Assembly (NCBI GenBank): GCA_039177115.1
Contig: JBCDFZ010000011.1
Coordinates: 42,386-106,385 of the forward strand
Direction of reading: 5' to 3'
Length of the DNA stretch: 64,000 bases
Source of the DNA: Myxococcota bacterium
GTDB lineage: Bacteria > Myxococcota_A > Polyangia > Polyangiales > Houyiibacteriaceae
Below the pieces are notes generated by a model, which did no database searches, had not been told where the DNA came from, and saw only the letters and a list, made by a program, of their open reading frames with translations. Both the position numbers and the translations under genes were made by a program. Below are positions 1-10,064 of the stretch, in pieces. The first letter of the stretch is position 1, and every line of letters starts with the position of its first letter.

Positions 1-630
1 ATGGACCTCGTGGCTCGGGACATCCACGGCCTGGTGGAAGCCATCACCGGTACTGACGAACGCGTGGATGTCGTGTCGCACGACTGGGGCACCACGGTGG
101 CCTGGCTGTACGTCATGCAGCACCAGAGTCGGGTGCGTCGGTTCGTCGCCCTCGCCGGTCCCGAACCCTGGTACATGTCCCGCAGCCTTCGCTGGACGCA
201 GTTCCGCAAACACCCCTACTTCTTCCTTTTCCAATACCGCTTCGCCGAGAAGCTATTCGCCCGAAACGATCACGCCGCGGTCCGCCAAGTCTTCACCGGC
301 GACGAGCGAACACCGGGCGCCTTCGAGCCGTCCGCCCTCGATCGCTACGTCGAGGCCTTCGCTCGACCGGGAGCCACGACTGCCGCTCTGAACTACTACC
401 GAGCGATCAAGCGCATCGATCCGAGCGAAGTCCGCGCGCTCCAGTCGCCACTCGCGATCCCCGTCATGCTTCTTCTGGCGGGGCACGACCGCTACGTGGA
501 TCTCTCCGGTGCCCACCCAGGGGAGGAATGGTGCAGGCCCCGAATCGAAACGATCGACGACTCGAGCCACTGGCTTCTCACCGACGCCGCCGCCCAGGTC
601 AACGAGCTCCTTCTCGATTTCCTTGGTTAG
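1..630 (+). CDS. alpha/beta-fold hydrolase, epoxide-hydrolase/dehalogenase type (5' end outside window)
   Basis: ORF is open at the window edge. It has the nucleophile elbow VSHDWG (Asp nucleophile) and DSSHW near the C-terminus. It is paralogous to the next ORF. Confidence 0.75.
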   Translation: MDLVARDIHGLVEAITGTDERVDVVSHDWGTTVAWLYVMQHQSRVRRFVALAGPEPWYMSRSLRWTQFRKHPYFFLFQYRFAEKLFARNDHAAVRQVFTGDERTPGAFEPSALDRYVEAFARPGATTAALNYYRAIKRIDPSEVRALQSPLAIPVMLLLAGHDRYVDLSGAHPGEEWCRPRIETIDDSSHWLLTDAAAQVNELLLDFLG

Positions 631-675
631 GATGGAGGCCCTTCGAGCCGGGTTCTATGCTAGCCAAGCGAAGAC

Positions 676-1716
676 ATGCATCGGACTGAAGAGCTGGTCG
701 CAGCGAACGGCATCCGCCTGCGCGTCTTCACCGAAGGACGAGGGCCTGCGGTGCTGCTTTGTCATGGCTTTCCGGGCCTCTGGTACTCGTGGCGCCACCA
801 GATTTCGACGCTCGCGGCTGCCGGGTACCGCGCGCTCGCGGTCGACATGCGCGGGTACGGCGGTTCCGATCGTCCGCTGGCTGCGAGCGACTACGACAAC
901 CACACGATCACGGCCGACCTCACGGGCGTGTTGGACGCGCTCGGCGAATCGACCGCCGTGTTGGTGGGCCACGACTTCGGGGCCCAAGCCGCGTGGTCCT
1001 CCGCGCTGAAAGCACCGGAGAGGTTTCCAGCGGTGGTGTCGCTGGCGGTGCCGTATGGGGTTGGGTTTTCGAAACGGACCGACCGCGCCTCGAAACGAGA
1101 TGAGCCGCGCGTCGATGATTCGCACCATCAGCCCGGCCCGAAGCCGAGCGGTGCTTTTGCCGCAATCGCACGCAAGCACTTCATCCACCTTCACTACTTC
1201 CAAGAGGTTGGGGTGGCGGAAGCGGAGCTTTGGGCGCACCCGAAGCGCTTCCTCGAACGAATCTACTGGGCGCTCAGCGGGTCTGGCAGCCTGCTCGACT
1301 TTCAGAAGTTCCCCTCCGAGGGGACGGGCTACCTGGACGTGCTCGCCGAGCCCTCGAAACCCTTGCCGTGGCCCTGGTTCACCGAGCACGACCTCGACTA
1401 CCTAGTGGGCGAGTACCTGCGCGGCGACGAGCGAACCGCCTTCATCGGCGGTCTGAACTCGTACCGCGCGATGGACATCAACTGGGCCAACGATCCCGAC
1501 TACGGTCGGAAGACGATCGAGTGCCCGGCACTGCTGATCTGCGGCGCCGAAGATCCCGCCCTGAAGATCATCGGAAAGCGTGGCCTCGAAACGATGCCCG
1601 AACGCGTATCGGACTTGAGAGGCATCGAAATCATTCCGAACGCGGGGCATTTCGTGCAGCAGGAGCAGCCGGAAGCGACGAATCGTGCGCTTCTAGGGTT
1701 TCTGGCGGGGCTTTAG
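676..1716 (+). CDS. epoxide-hydrolase-like alpha/beta hydrolase
   Basis: 346-aa ORF. Motifs: HGFPGLWYSWRHQ (HGxP oxyanion region), VGHDFGA elbow with Asp nucleophile, and NAGHFVQQEQPE catalytic His region. Confidence 0.85.
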   Translation: MHRTEELVAANGIRLRVFTEGRGPAVLLCHGFPGLWYSWRHQISTLAAAGYRALAVDMRGYGGSDRPLAASDYDNHTITADLTGVLDALGESTAVLVGHDFGAQAAWSSALKAPERFPAVVSLAVPYGVGFSKRTDRASKRDEPRVDDSHHQPGPKPSGAFAAIARKHFIHLHYFQEVGVAEAELWAHPKRFLERIYWALSGSGSLLDFQKFPSEGTGYLDVLAEPSKPLPWPWFTEHDLDYLVGEYLRGDERTAFIGGLNSYRAMDINWANDPDYGRKTIECPALLICGAEDPALKIIGKRGLETMPERVSDLRGIEIIPNAGHFVQQEQPEATNRALLGFLAGL

Positions 1717-2609
1717 CCAACACTCGACGGGTGATCCCACAACAAGCGCACATCTCGGACACGGTCGCCTCGGGGATCGAGCTCGGCGATGAACGCTCCG
1801 CTCCGCGGGACGCCTTCCCACTCGAGCGACAGCGGGCCGGATACGGTGGGCCCGGATGCGATGAGCTCGCCAACCCGGAGTCCTGACGACGCGTCGACGA
1901 ACTCGGAGGGCGAGACGCTTGGTTTGCCAGGGATCCGAATCGACACCTCGGGCTGGTCGCCCGGGGCCGCCGCCCATCGTTGCCACGTTTCCTTCCCTTG
2001 GCGACCGACACCTTGGGTAGAGGCTCTGAAGTATCGCGCCATCCATCGGGGGCCGAACGAACGCAGCATGAGTGTGTTGAGGCGCATGACCGTTCGAAGG
2101 CCTCGGGCGCCCTCGGAGAGCACGGCGCGACTCATTCGGTTCAACTCCCAGTGCGCGTGCATCTTGCGGATGCGAAGCCCATCGTCGGTTTGGGCGATCT
2201 CGTAGAGCAGGTTGGCAGGCACGTGCATCTCGAGGCCGGTTTTGAGATGTGTGGTGTGGATCGTGACGGCACGGAACACCGACATCTCGGAGACGAGTTC
2301 GAGATGCGGCTCCATGGCGATCGCGCTTGGCGCGATGAACGCCTCGTAGAACCGGCCAAGCTCGTCGCCCAAGGAGCCCTTGCGCCTTCCTACGTGAGAA
2401 GGGGGGGCGCCCACCGGGTCGGCCACGACGGCGTCGTCAGAGTAGAGGGCGAGCCAGCCGGCCTTGTCGTGGGCATCGGCAAGCTCTGGCGATGCTTTCG
2501 CGAGGCCGAGAAGCGCGTCTCGGAGCGTGGACGCTGCGATGAAGTCGGGGTCGTTGGGGATCTCAGGGGTCCGTGGCATGTCAGCTGTGCGACCATCGGG
2601 GAAACGCAA
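1713..2609 (-). CDS. SnoaL/NTF2-like domain protein (tentative)
   Basis: 298-aa ORF filling the gap. The N-terminal ~130 aa resemble ketosteroid-isomerase-like/SnoaL proteins by eye only. An alternative start at 2579 gives MPRTPEIP. Confidence 0.45.
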   Translation of the reverse strand: MRFPDGRTADMPRTPEIPNDPDFIAASTLRDALLGLAKASPELADAHDKAGWLALYSDDAVVADPVGAPPSHVGRRKGSLGDELGRFYEAFIAPSAIAMEPHLELVSEMSVFRAVTIHTTHLKTGLEMHVPANLLYEIAQTDDGLRIRKMHAHWELNRMSRAVLSEGARGLRTVMRLNTLMLRSFGPRWMARYFRASTQGVGRQGKETWQRWAAAPGDQPEVSIRIPGKPSVSPSEFVDASSGLRVGELIASGPTVSGPLSLEWEGVPRSGAFIAELDPRGDRVRDVRLLWDHPSSVG

Positions 2610-2913
2610 GCGAGACGACGGGGGAGGCCGGTGAAAGAGGGGGCGAGATCGACCAGGAAGCTCGTCGGCTCCACCGTCTCCGACGGTGACGCCATTTTGT
2701 AGGTTATGCGGTGACGACGATCCAGGTAAAACGTCGTACGGTGGCCGCCAACGCCGGCTGGACTCTCCAGGTTGGAGGCAAGAGTGCGCTGGCGGCCGTC
2801 CGTTGGCTCAGCCCCGGCGCTCTGCTGAGAAACTACCCCATGCACGAGCAAACACGTTTCATCAATCGAGGTCTCCGATGCATTCGACACGACGACACAG
2901 AGGGTGAGGACCG

Positions 2914-4164
2914 ATGTCGTTTCTAGATGCTTGGAAGCCGCCGGCGCGACCGGCATGGGTCGAACACCTCAACTCGATGGCCGATGCGGTCGGGGGTCCG
3001 GCACGCCTCGTTTCTCTCGACTCGGACGAGCTGATCGAGTCTGCGACCGACTCGACGGGCTACACGGACTTCGGCCCCGACACGTGGCGCCGGCACTACG
3101 ACATCCTGGTGGGGTCGATCAATGGGCAGGCCTCGCTTCACGCCGCCGGTCGGCTGCTGACTCGGTCCGAGATCGTTCGGTGTCTCCGAAACCGCTTGTT
3201 CGTGGAGGCGTACCTCGAGGCGCATCCCGAAGCGCTCGAAACGCCGGTCCGTGAGCCGGTGATGATTTGCGGCTACGGACGGAGCGGGACCTCCATCACG
3301 CAGGAGCTTTTTGGCTGCGATCCCAGTATGCGCGCTCCTCTGGCGACCGATCTCTTCAACGTGTCGCCGCTTGCAGAAGGGGAATCCCGGAGCGAACGGG
3401 TGCGTTTCGCCGACGGCGAGCAGCGCTATTACGACGACGTAGTTCCCGAGTACACGGCGATGCACGAGAACGGCGCGGAGCTGCCCGTCGAGTGCCTGAT
3501 GTTTCAGATGCACGAGTTTCTCAGCGCGAACTTCTTCGGCACGCTGGATGTCCCCGACTATCTGATGCACGCCATGACCACGGACTGGAGAAGCGCCTAT
3601 CGCTACCAGTACCGAATGCTCCAGGTGATGCAGCACCAGCGCCCAGGTCAGCGCTGGGTGCTCAAGGGGCCCACGCACCAGGACCGCCTCGAGGTTTTGT
3701 TCGAGGTCTTTCCCGACGCCAAGGTGGTGCAGCTGCATCGCGACCCCCGAAAGATGATTCCCTCGAGCTTCTCACTGCTCGGCACCCTCCGATGGATGCG
3801 ATCCGACCGGGTCGACCTGTCGGCGCTGGCGTTCGTCCCTGTGACCATGAAAACGACGCTCGAACGCGTGATCACACAGCGCGAGAACGCCGACATCCCA
3901 GGCGACCAAATCTATGACCTTCTCTATGCGGATCTGGTGAACGACCCGGCCGCCGCCGTTCGCCGCGCGTACGCGCACCACGGGCTCGACTTCGGAGCGG
4001 GGCAGGGTGGTCGGATCGTCGCGTACTTGAAAGCCAAGCCGAAGGGCAAACACGGTTCTCATCGATACACCCTCGAGGAGTTTGGGCTGGACTCCGACCA
4101 GCTCGGCGAGATGTTTCGCGACTACCAGACGCACTACGGCGTTCCTGAGGAGTCCGACCCATGA
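2914..4164 (+). CDS. sulfotransferase family protein
   Basis: PAPS 5'-phosphosulfate loop YGRSGTSITQELF and 3'-phosphate motif LHRDPRKMIPSS. The ATGA 4-bp overlap with the next gene suggests an operon. Confidence 0.8.
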   Translation: MSFLDAWKPPARPAWVEHLNSMADAVGGPARLVSLDSDELIESATDSTGYTDFGPDTWRRHYDILVGSINGQASLHAAGRLLTRSEIVRCLRNRLFVEAYLEAHPEALETPVREPVMICGYGRSGTSITQELFGCDPSMRAPLATDLFNVSPLAEGESRSERVRFADGEQRYYDDVVPEYTAMHENGAELPVECLMFQMHEFLSANFFGTLDVPDYLMHAMTTDWRSAYRYQYRMLQVMQHQRPGQRWVLKGPTHQDRLEVLFEVFPDAKVVQLHRDPRKMIPSSFSLLGTLRWMRSDRVDLSALAFVPVTMKTTLERVITQRENADIPGDQIYDLLYADLVNDPAAAVRRAYAHHGLDFGAGQGGRIVAYLKAKPKGKHGSHRYTLEEFGLDSDQLGEMFRDYQTHYGVPEESDP

Positions 4165-5345
4165 CCGACGGCGAAGCGCGAGAGAAGCTTCGCGCCACTT
4201 GGGCGGCGTTCTGTGACCGCATGAAGGCGCTGGGCGATCGAATCCTGGAAGACGATTTCCCCCAGGGAGACCTCGCAGCCGCCGAGGGATTTCGCCACCT
4301 GGCCCGCATGACGAACCTTGGGCTGACGCTGGCGTACGAGTACGACGACCCGGACTTCCCGCTCTTCCTTCGCAACAACGACGACGTCACGCAGTGGGGC
4401 GGCCCGAACGCCGACAACACCTATCTCTACGCGCGCGTCGACCCGTCCTCGGTGTATCGGGTGTACGGCAACGCCAAGAGCACGTCGGGGTTCATCGTGA
4501 CCGTTCGAGATGGCTTCATGCACACCGGACATGAAAAGGCGGAGGATTTGTCGTCGACCGAGATGCACATCGAGTACGACGGGTCGTTCGAGCTGACGAT
4601 CGGGGGACAAGAGCGCGACGGCAACTGGATGCCCATGATGCCCGACGCGCAACAGATCGGCGTGCGCATCTACTTCGATGACTGGGAGCACCAGAGCCCG
4701 CCCGAGTTTCACATCGTTCGCGTCGGTAGCGAAACGGAGGCGCCTCCGCTGCTCACGGTCGAGCGCTCTGCGCGAGCCATCGAACATGCCGCGACGTGGA
4801 TCGAAAAGAACCTGCTTTTCTGGAACGAGTGGTTGGCGTTCCGGATGCAGTTCCTTCCCGTCAACGGCATCTCGCCACCGATGGAAGTTCCTGGAGGCAG
4901 CAACGAGGTGATCACCTACGCGGGTGGGCGCTTCCAGTTGGAGGACGACGAGGCGCTGGTGCTGTCAATCTCGGGACTCACCGCCGACTACATCGGCCTG
5001 GTCTACTACACCGAGGGCTGGTTCGAGACCGGCAACATGACCAGCCGGACATCGAGCCTCAATCAGAATCAGATTCACGTCGACGACGACGGAGGCCGCC
5101 GAATCGTCGTGTGCGGATGCGACCCGGGGGTGATGAACTGGCTCGACACCGAGGGCCGTCCGACGGGACTAATCGCGATGCGCACGGTCAACGGCGACGC
5201 CATGCCCGAGGTCGCGCCTCGAGTGGTCCCGGTGAAGGACCTCGAGAGCGTACTCCCCCCGTCGACCAAGTGGATGAGCGTCGAGGACAGGGCCGTACAG
5301 CGTCGGATTCGCCGCGAGCACCTGGGCGACCGCTTTCATCGGTAG
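4161..5345 (+). CDS. DUF1214-like protein (paralog A)
   Basis: 394-aa ORF. The N-terminus (EGFRHLARMTNLGL ... PNADNTYLYARVDP ... YRVYGN) is clearly paralogous to the ORF at 7474..8574. The family name is recalled, not searched. Confidence 0.55.
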   Translation: MTDGEAREKLRATWAAFCDRMKALGDRILEDDFPQGDLAAAEGFRHLARMTNLGLTLAYEYDDPDFPLFLRNNDDVTQWGGPNADNTYLYARVDPSSVYRVYGNAKSTSGFIVTVRDGFMHTGHEKAEDLSSTEMHIEYDGSFELTIGGQERDGNWMPMMPDAQQIGVRIYFDDWEHQSPPEFHIVRVGSETEAPPLLTVERSARAIEHAATWIEKNLLFWNEWLAFRMQFLPVNGISPPMEVPGGSNEVITYAGGRFQLEDDEALVLSISGLTADYIGLVYYTEGWFETGNMTSRTSSLNQNQIHVDDDGGRRIVVCGCDPGVMNWLDTEGRPTGLIAMRTVNGDAMPEVAPRVVPVKDLESVLPPSTKWMSVEDRAVQRRIRREHLGDRFHR

Positions 5346-5386
5346 CAAGGGTTTCCTCGTGCTGCGAAGGCCCGTGAAACCGAAGC

Positions 5387-6001
5387 CTATTCGCTGTTTG
5401 CTTCGACGTGCTCGCGGACGAGGGGGCCCAGCCACGCGCGTAGCTTGGTACGCGCCCGTCGACCGGCGCCCATGAGCTCATCGCCTGTGCCGAGAACCAG
5501 GGCCGAGAGCCCTAAGCGCGTGGCCAGCTCCCACAGGGTGGTTTGCTGGCTTTTCGAAAGACCGGGAACCCGTTTTCGGTACTGAGTGAGGATCTCGCGT
5601 CCTGGAAAGATGAGTGGGGCGTCCTTCAGAGGGTCGCCGCTCAGCGAAGCGATCGCGTCTGCGCTGAGCGCTTGGGCCAGCACCGGGTCTTGGGGGATCT
5701 CGCGAAGCATGAAGATGATCCCCTCGATGACCACGTCGAGCGGGTCGTCGATGGGGTCGAGTCGCTTCACCATCGCGCGATTGAAGGCCTCGACGGACCG
5801 GGCGATGGTGGCTGCGATGACCTCGCTTCGGCCCCCAGGAAACAGGCGATAGGCCGTCGGTCGGCTGACGTCCGCTTCCGCCGCCACCTCCGCGAGGCCG
5901 GTCCCACGGAGGCCTGAGCGGCCGATACACCGTTCGGCGGCGTCCAAGATCCGCTCCCTCCCGTCCGCTATGGGTGGTCGACCTGCGCGTCCAGGACTCA
6001 T
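5387..6001 (-). CDS. TetR/AcrR family transcriptional regulator
   Basis: N-terminal HTH ILDAAERCIGRSGLRGTGLAEVAAEADVSRPTAYRLFPG. Divergent from the P450 gene. Confidence 0.85.
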   Translation of the reverse strand: MSPGRAGRPPIADGRERILDAAERCIGRSGLRGTGLAEVAAEADVSRPTAYRLFPGGRSEVIAATIARSVEAFNRAMVKRLDPIDDPLDVVIEGIIFMLREIPQDPVLAQALSADAIASLSGDPLKDAPLIFPGREILTQYRKRVPGLSKSQQTTLWELATRLGLSALVLGTGDELMGAGRRARTKLRAWLGPLVREHVEANSE

Positions 6002-6225
6002 CGCAGGCTGAGAGTGCGACGGATCGAAGAGCCTTGCAACGAGACAGTCATGCTGACTTTTTTTACATACAGCAGCCTCTGTTTCAAATTGTGCGATTAA
6101 GTTTATTTACACCTCGCAAGAGGTGTGTCAAAACCTTCGAGGTTCGTGGACGCGGCGGTGCGCATTGCACGCCGGCTTTCGCCCACACCTCCCCATCTTC
6201 CATTCACGGAAAGACGCACCGATCC
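6002..6225. promoter_or_regulatory. divergent TetR/P450 promoter-operator region with an AT-rich island
   Basis: Positions ~6050-6115 (ctgacttttttacatacagcagcctctgtttcaaattgtgcgattaagtttatttaca) are conspicuously AT-rich in an otherwise GC-rich window. TTTACA occurs twice. Confidence 0.5.
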
Positions 6226-7425
6226 ATGCAAAGCCAGTGCCCGGTCAAGTTCGAGAACGTCGATTTCTGCGACCCAAAGACCCACGACGACCCGTACGAG
6301 ATGTACGACTATTTTCTCGAGCACGAGCCGATCTACTTCGATGAGAAGAACGGCCTCTGGGAAGTGTTTCGCTACGACGACGTCGTGCGGATTCTGCGCG
6401 ACCCCGAGACGTTCATCAGCGGGGAGGGCATCCGGCCCAACATTCCGGGCGACCCCGGGATGATCTACCAGGATGGCGAGATTCACAATAAGCAGCGTGC
6501 ACTGGTCTCTTCGGCGTTTACGCCGCGACAGATGCGCAGGATGGAGGAGCGCGTTCGCGAGATTGTCGGTGAGCTCGTCGCCGCGATGCTCTCGAGCGAC
6601 GAGGTCGACATCGTGCGGGACCTTGCGGCACCGCTTCCGCTACGCCTCATCTCCGACATGCTCGGCACGCCGGAGGACAAGCGCGACATCGTCGGGCACT
6701 GGATCAACACCTTGGGTCAAGGCGGACAGGGGCCCGACTACGTCACTGACGAGGTCAACGACGCCTTCGACAGCTTCGTGATGATGCACGAGGAAATGTG
6801 CGTCGAGCGCCAGGCCGCTGGTTGCACCGGGAGCGATATCCTCACGATTTGGATGAACGCCGAGTTCGAGGGGGACAAGCTCGACGAATCGCAGCTGCTA
6901 TTCGAGCACGTGTTGGTCAACCTCGGCGGCGCGGAAACCACTCGAAACGCGATTGCCGGCGGTCTTTACGAACTCTCCAAAGACCCAGCTCAGTACGACG
7001 CGTTAGCAGCCGACCCCACGTTGATCCCGAACGCCGTGGAAGAATGCATCCGGTTCGTGTGCCCGTTCGTCAACATGTACCGCACGGCCACACGCGACTA
7101 CGAGATCCACGGAAAGGTGATCAAAGAAGGGGAGCAGGTTGGGCTCACGTTCCCCGCGGCCAACCGAGACCCTCGAAAGTTTGAAGACCCCCATCGTTTC
7201 AACATCCATCGAGACTTCACGAAAACGAAGCATCTGGCGTTCGGCCTCGGCCCCCATTTCTGCCTTGGCGCATCGCTCGCACGCCTCGAGGTCAGGCTTT
7301 CGCTCGAAGAGATGACCCGACGCGTGCAGGCCGTTCATGCCATTCCCGAGAAGGGCGTGACCTATCGCTCGTCCTCGTTCGTGCGGGGACTCGAGTCGTT
7401 TCCGGCGACGCTGGATCCGCGCTGA
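6226..7425 (+). CDS. cytochrome P450 monooxygenase
   Basis: Heme-thiolate loop FGLGPHFCLGASLAR, I-helix GGAETT and EXXR (ECIRF). I chose ATG 6226 (MQSQCPVKF) because the longer ORF from 5974 would overlap the TetR gene. Confidence 0.9.
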   Translation: MQSQCPVKFENVDFCDPKTHDDPYEMYDYFLEHEPIYFDEKNGLWEVFRYDDVVRILRDPETFISGEGIRPNIPGDPGMIYQDGEIHNKQRALVSSAFTPRQMRRMEERVREIVGELVAAMLSSDEVDIVRDLAAPLPLRLISDMLGTPEDKRDIVGHWINTLGQGGQGPDYVTDEVNDAFDSFVMMHEEMCVERQAAGCTGSDILTIWMNAEFEGDKLDESQLLFEHVLVNLGGAETTRNAIAGGLYELSKDPAQYDALAADPTLIPNAVEECIRFVCPFVNMYRTATRDYEIHGKVIKEGEQVGLTFPAANRDPRKFEDPHRFNIHRDFTKTKHLAFGLGPHFCLGASLARLEVRLSLEEMTRRVQAVHAIPEKGVTYRSSSFVRGLESFPATLDPR

Positions 7426-7473
7426 CTCCGACCGGCTTCTGGGGTAGCGCCAACTCCGGCGTGCCCCCCGTGG

Positions 7474-8574
7474 CTACCGAAGCTCGGCGAGCTTGACCAC
7501 CCGGGTCTTGGGCTGCGGGTGGTCGTCGGTGCGGACCCAGCGGAGCGCCATCGTGCCGTGGTGGTGGCCGGCGGTTTCGATCCAGTTGGGCATCCCTGGG
7601 TTTTCGTGCGCGACGATCAGGCGGAACGAGCCGTCATCGTTGTACTTCGCGGCGCCGCTGTTGATGTGAACGTTGTGGGTTTCGAAGTCGAGTGACTCGG
7701 CCCAAATGTTCCCGAGCTGGAAGTTCCAGTAGTCGCAGTCAGGTGGGGATGCGTCGATGACGAGGGCCTCGTCAGGCGCGAGCTTCCAGACCCCAAGCCA
7801 CATGCGAACGTTGGGGTCGCCGCCCATGACTCGGTGTTTCTCGATGTCGGGTAGATGGAACTCGTTGAGAGGCGCCAGCTCGTGGAACTCGCGGACCCAT
7901 TCGTAGAACCAGGTCGCGCAGCCGATGGCAAAGAAGGCGGAAACCATCAGGCGCCCAGGCATGGAGCTCGGGTCGAGAGGCGGGGCTGCACCCTCGGCGT
8001 CGAGGCATTCGATGTCGATGCTCACCGGCTTTTCTTTGTCGCGAAACAGGAACGTCTGGCGCAGCAGGATCTGCTTGGTGTCCGGCGCGAGTCGGAGCCA
8101 GTTGCCGGGATGCTCCTTCTGGCTTGCGATGATCTCGAAAGCGCCGTCGGGTCCGAGGTTGAGCTCGTCGTCGTTCAGGTGACCGGCGCCGCCCGTGATC
8201 TGCTTGGTGGCCGAGAAGTTCTGGTTCTGAGCCGCGAAGCTCATGTAGTGGACCGTGCCGCGCGTCCCGCGAATGCGATAATCGTACTTCGGGTCGATCG
8301 AGGCGCTGAGGTAAAAGTTGTCCGGGTTGTCGAGCCCCATCTTCACGCCGTCGGGCATCTGACCGAAGCGCGGGTGCTGCGGACCCCGGTCTTCGCCGAA
8401 CGCGAACAGCCCGGCGCGCACGAGGCGACCGAGGTAGCGAAGCCCCTCACCCTTGTCGAAGAGGCTCGGGTCGAGTTCATTTCTCAGGATCACGTCGCCC
8501 GCCTTCTTGAGCAGGTCGCAGTACTCGGTCCAGGCCGCAGCCGTCTCGACTTTCTCCGTGAGTGCATCGGTCAT
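7474..8574 (-). CDS. DUF1214-like protein (paralog B)
   Basis: 366-aa ORF. Its motifs EGLRYLGRLVRAGL ... NPDNFYLSASIDP ... YRIRGT align with the ORF at 4161..5345. Confidence 0.55.
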   Translation of the reverse strand: MTDALTEKVETAAAWTEYCDLLKKAGDVILRNELDPSLFDKGEGLRYLGRLVRAGLFAFGEDRGPQHPRFGQMPDGVKMGLDNPDNFYLSASIDPKYDYRIRGTRGTVHYMSFAAQNQNFSATKQITGGAGHLNDDELNLGPDGAFEIIASQKEHPGNWLRLAPDTKQILLRQTFLFRDKEKPVSIDIECLDAEGAAPPLDPSSMPGRLMVSAFFAIGCATWFYEWVREFHELAPLNEFHLPDIEKHRVMGGDPNVRMWLGVWKLAPDEALVIDASPPDCDYWNFQLGNIWAESLDFETHNVHINSGAAKYNDDGSFRLIVAHENPGMPNWIETAGHHHGTMALRWVRTDDHPQPKTRVVKLAELR

Positions 8575-8688
8575 TGCCGGATGGAATGCGCTGGTTGTGT
8601 TCGAGAGTCAACCGCGTACGCGCGGAACTCCGTCTCGCTTCCTCGTCGACAGAATCCAGAGTAGGGTCGCGCGGATTGGAGACGCACG

Positions 8689-9045
8689 ATGAACGGCAAG
8701 AAGATTGGTTTTTGGTTGACCACGGTGGTCGTAGCGCTCGTAGTCGCCGCAGGCGGCGTCGCTGACTTCCTGCTGATCGACGAGGTGAAGGCCGGCATGG
8801 ATCACCTCGGCTACCCATATTACTTCGCGCGCCTTCTCGGGACTTGGAAGGTATTGGGGGGCATCACGATTCTCGCGCCCGGGCTCCCGAAGCTCAAGGA
8901 GTGGGCCTACGCGGGCATCTTCTTCGATCTGAGCGGTGCGTTCGTTTCTCACCTTTCCGTGGGTGATGGGATCGACAAGCTTGCGCCGCCTGTGGTGCTG
9001 ATCGTCCTCTTGATTACGTCCTATGTCTTGAGGCCCGCTCGCTGA
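8689..9045 (+). CDS. DoxX-like small membrane protein
   Basis: 118 aa with four hydrophobic segments. GTWKVLGGITILAPGLPKLKEWAYAG is typical of the DoxX-like family. Confidence 0.6.
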   Translation: MNGKKIGFWLTTVVVALVVAAGGVADFLLIDEVKAGMDHLGYPYYFARLLGTWKVLGGITILAPGLPKLKEWAYAGIFFDLSGAFVSHLSVGDGIDKLAPPVVLIVLLITSYVLRPAR

Positions 9046-9047
9046 CT

Positions 9048-9536
9048 CTATCGTGTTCCTTTCCGCCATTCCCACGGCATGACGAACGTGCCTGACCAGA
9101 CGCCCCGGCCTGCCTCTTTGGCTACGCGCTCGTCAGGCACGTAGTCTTTCGAAGACGGTCGGTAGGCGACGGCCCACCCGCGGCGGACGAGCCACTGGTT
9201 GAGGTTGACGTCGCCCACGCGGCACACGGCGACGAGCCGGCCGTAGCGGTCGGATTTCTTGCCGGAGCACCGTATGTTTTGACGGTCGATCTTTTTAGAA
9301 AGCGCGAGCGCCGCCTTCTGTCCGCAGCGCCAGCGCTTGCCGCTCGGCGTGGTGCACTGCTGGGACGACTCGGGCGCATCGACGCCGTGGAGCCTCACTC
9401 GCTTCCCGCGAATCTCCAGCGTGTCCCCGTCGATTACGGTCGCCTGCCCTACCAGTGTGACTGCCGCTCCGGCGCCCACCGGCACGGAAAGAGCAAGAAG
9501 AAGCCCCAAGCCTACCCATCGCACGTGCATCGCCAA
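9048..9536 (-). CDS. secreted thermonuclease (SNase-like)
   Basis: Signal peptide MAMHVRWVGLGLLLALSVPVGAGA, followed by VIDGDTLEIRGKRVRLHGVDAPE ... DRYGRLVAVC ... LVRRGWA. Confidence 0.8.
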   Translation of the reverse strand: MAMHVRWVGLGLLLALSVPVGAGAAVTLVGQATVIDGDTLEIRGKRVRLHGVDAPESSQQCTTPSGKRWRCGQKAALALSKKIDRQNIRCSGKKSDRYGRLVAVCRVGDVNLNQWLVRRGWAVAYRPSSKDYVPDERVAKEAGRGVWSGTFVMPWEWRKGTR

Positions 9537-9621
9537 AGCCTTATGACAATCACGGCGCTACGCAATGCAGCGGTCGAAAGGCGGCCCCGGCGCGATACGT
9601 CAGTGCGCTGACTTTTCAATG

Positions 9622-9954
9622 TCAGTACCGTGTTTCGGATTCGCCGACGGGCACTACGACGCACTGTGCCTCGAGCTCCGAGCGATATTTGAGGCAGCCG
9701 TGGTCGTTTGACTGGACGCACGTTCGGGAACTCACTGGAAAGAGGTCGGCCGTTTCGTACCCCCACGCTTGGCATCGTCTCATCGCGTCTTGCTCGGCGG
9801 CGCTCCAGTCGACGATGTGCCTCGTTCGATGCCAGTACGTCAGCGTGACGGTTCCTCTCGCGAGGTGTCCTCCCGTGACGACGGGCGTGACCGTGGTTGC
9901 GGCGCATCCAGAGGCGAGCACCCCAACCATCGCGAACTGAAGGCATCTCCACAT
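9622..9954 (-). CDS. small lipoprotein (YecR-like, tentative)
   Basis: MWRCLQFAMVGVLASGC lipobox, and a C-terminal RCQAWGY...C...C pattern. The longer ORF to 10035 lacks a signal sequence. Confidence 0.45.
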   Translation of the reverse strand: MWRCLQFAMVGVLASGCAATTVTPVVTGGHLARGTVTLTYWHRTRHIVDWSAAEQDAMRRCQAWGYETADLFPVSSRTCVQSNDHGCLKYRSELEAQCVVVPVGESETRY

Positions 9955-10064
9955 GCCTGTTCCGACGGGCGACAGCGCGAAGCATTCAAACTGTTGGCTC
10001 CGTCTGGCCAGTAGAGAAGCACTCGGGGCTCCCAAGTGCTCATGAACGAAGCCGCAATACTAGC

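Noticed and set aside
2610-2913. 304-bp gap upstream of the sulfotransferase, including the 71-73-aa ORFs at 2686..2907 and 2711..2926
   Set aside because: I saw no ribosome-binding site, motif, convincing codon bias or obvious RNA structure. I treat it as a promoter region.
5974-6225. N-terminal extension of the P450 ORF
   Set aside because: It would overlap the TetR coding region and cross the AT-rich promoter island. The P450 homology begins near MQSQCPVKF at 6226.
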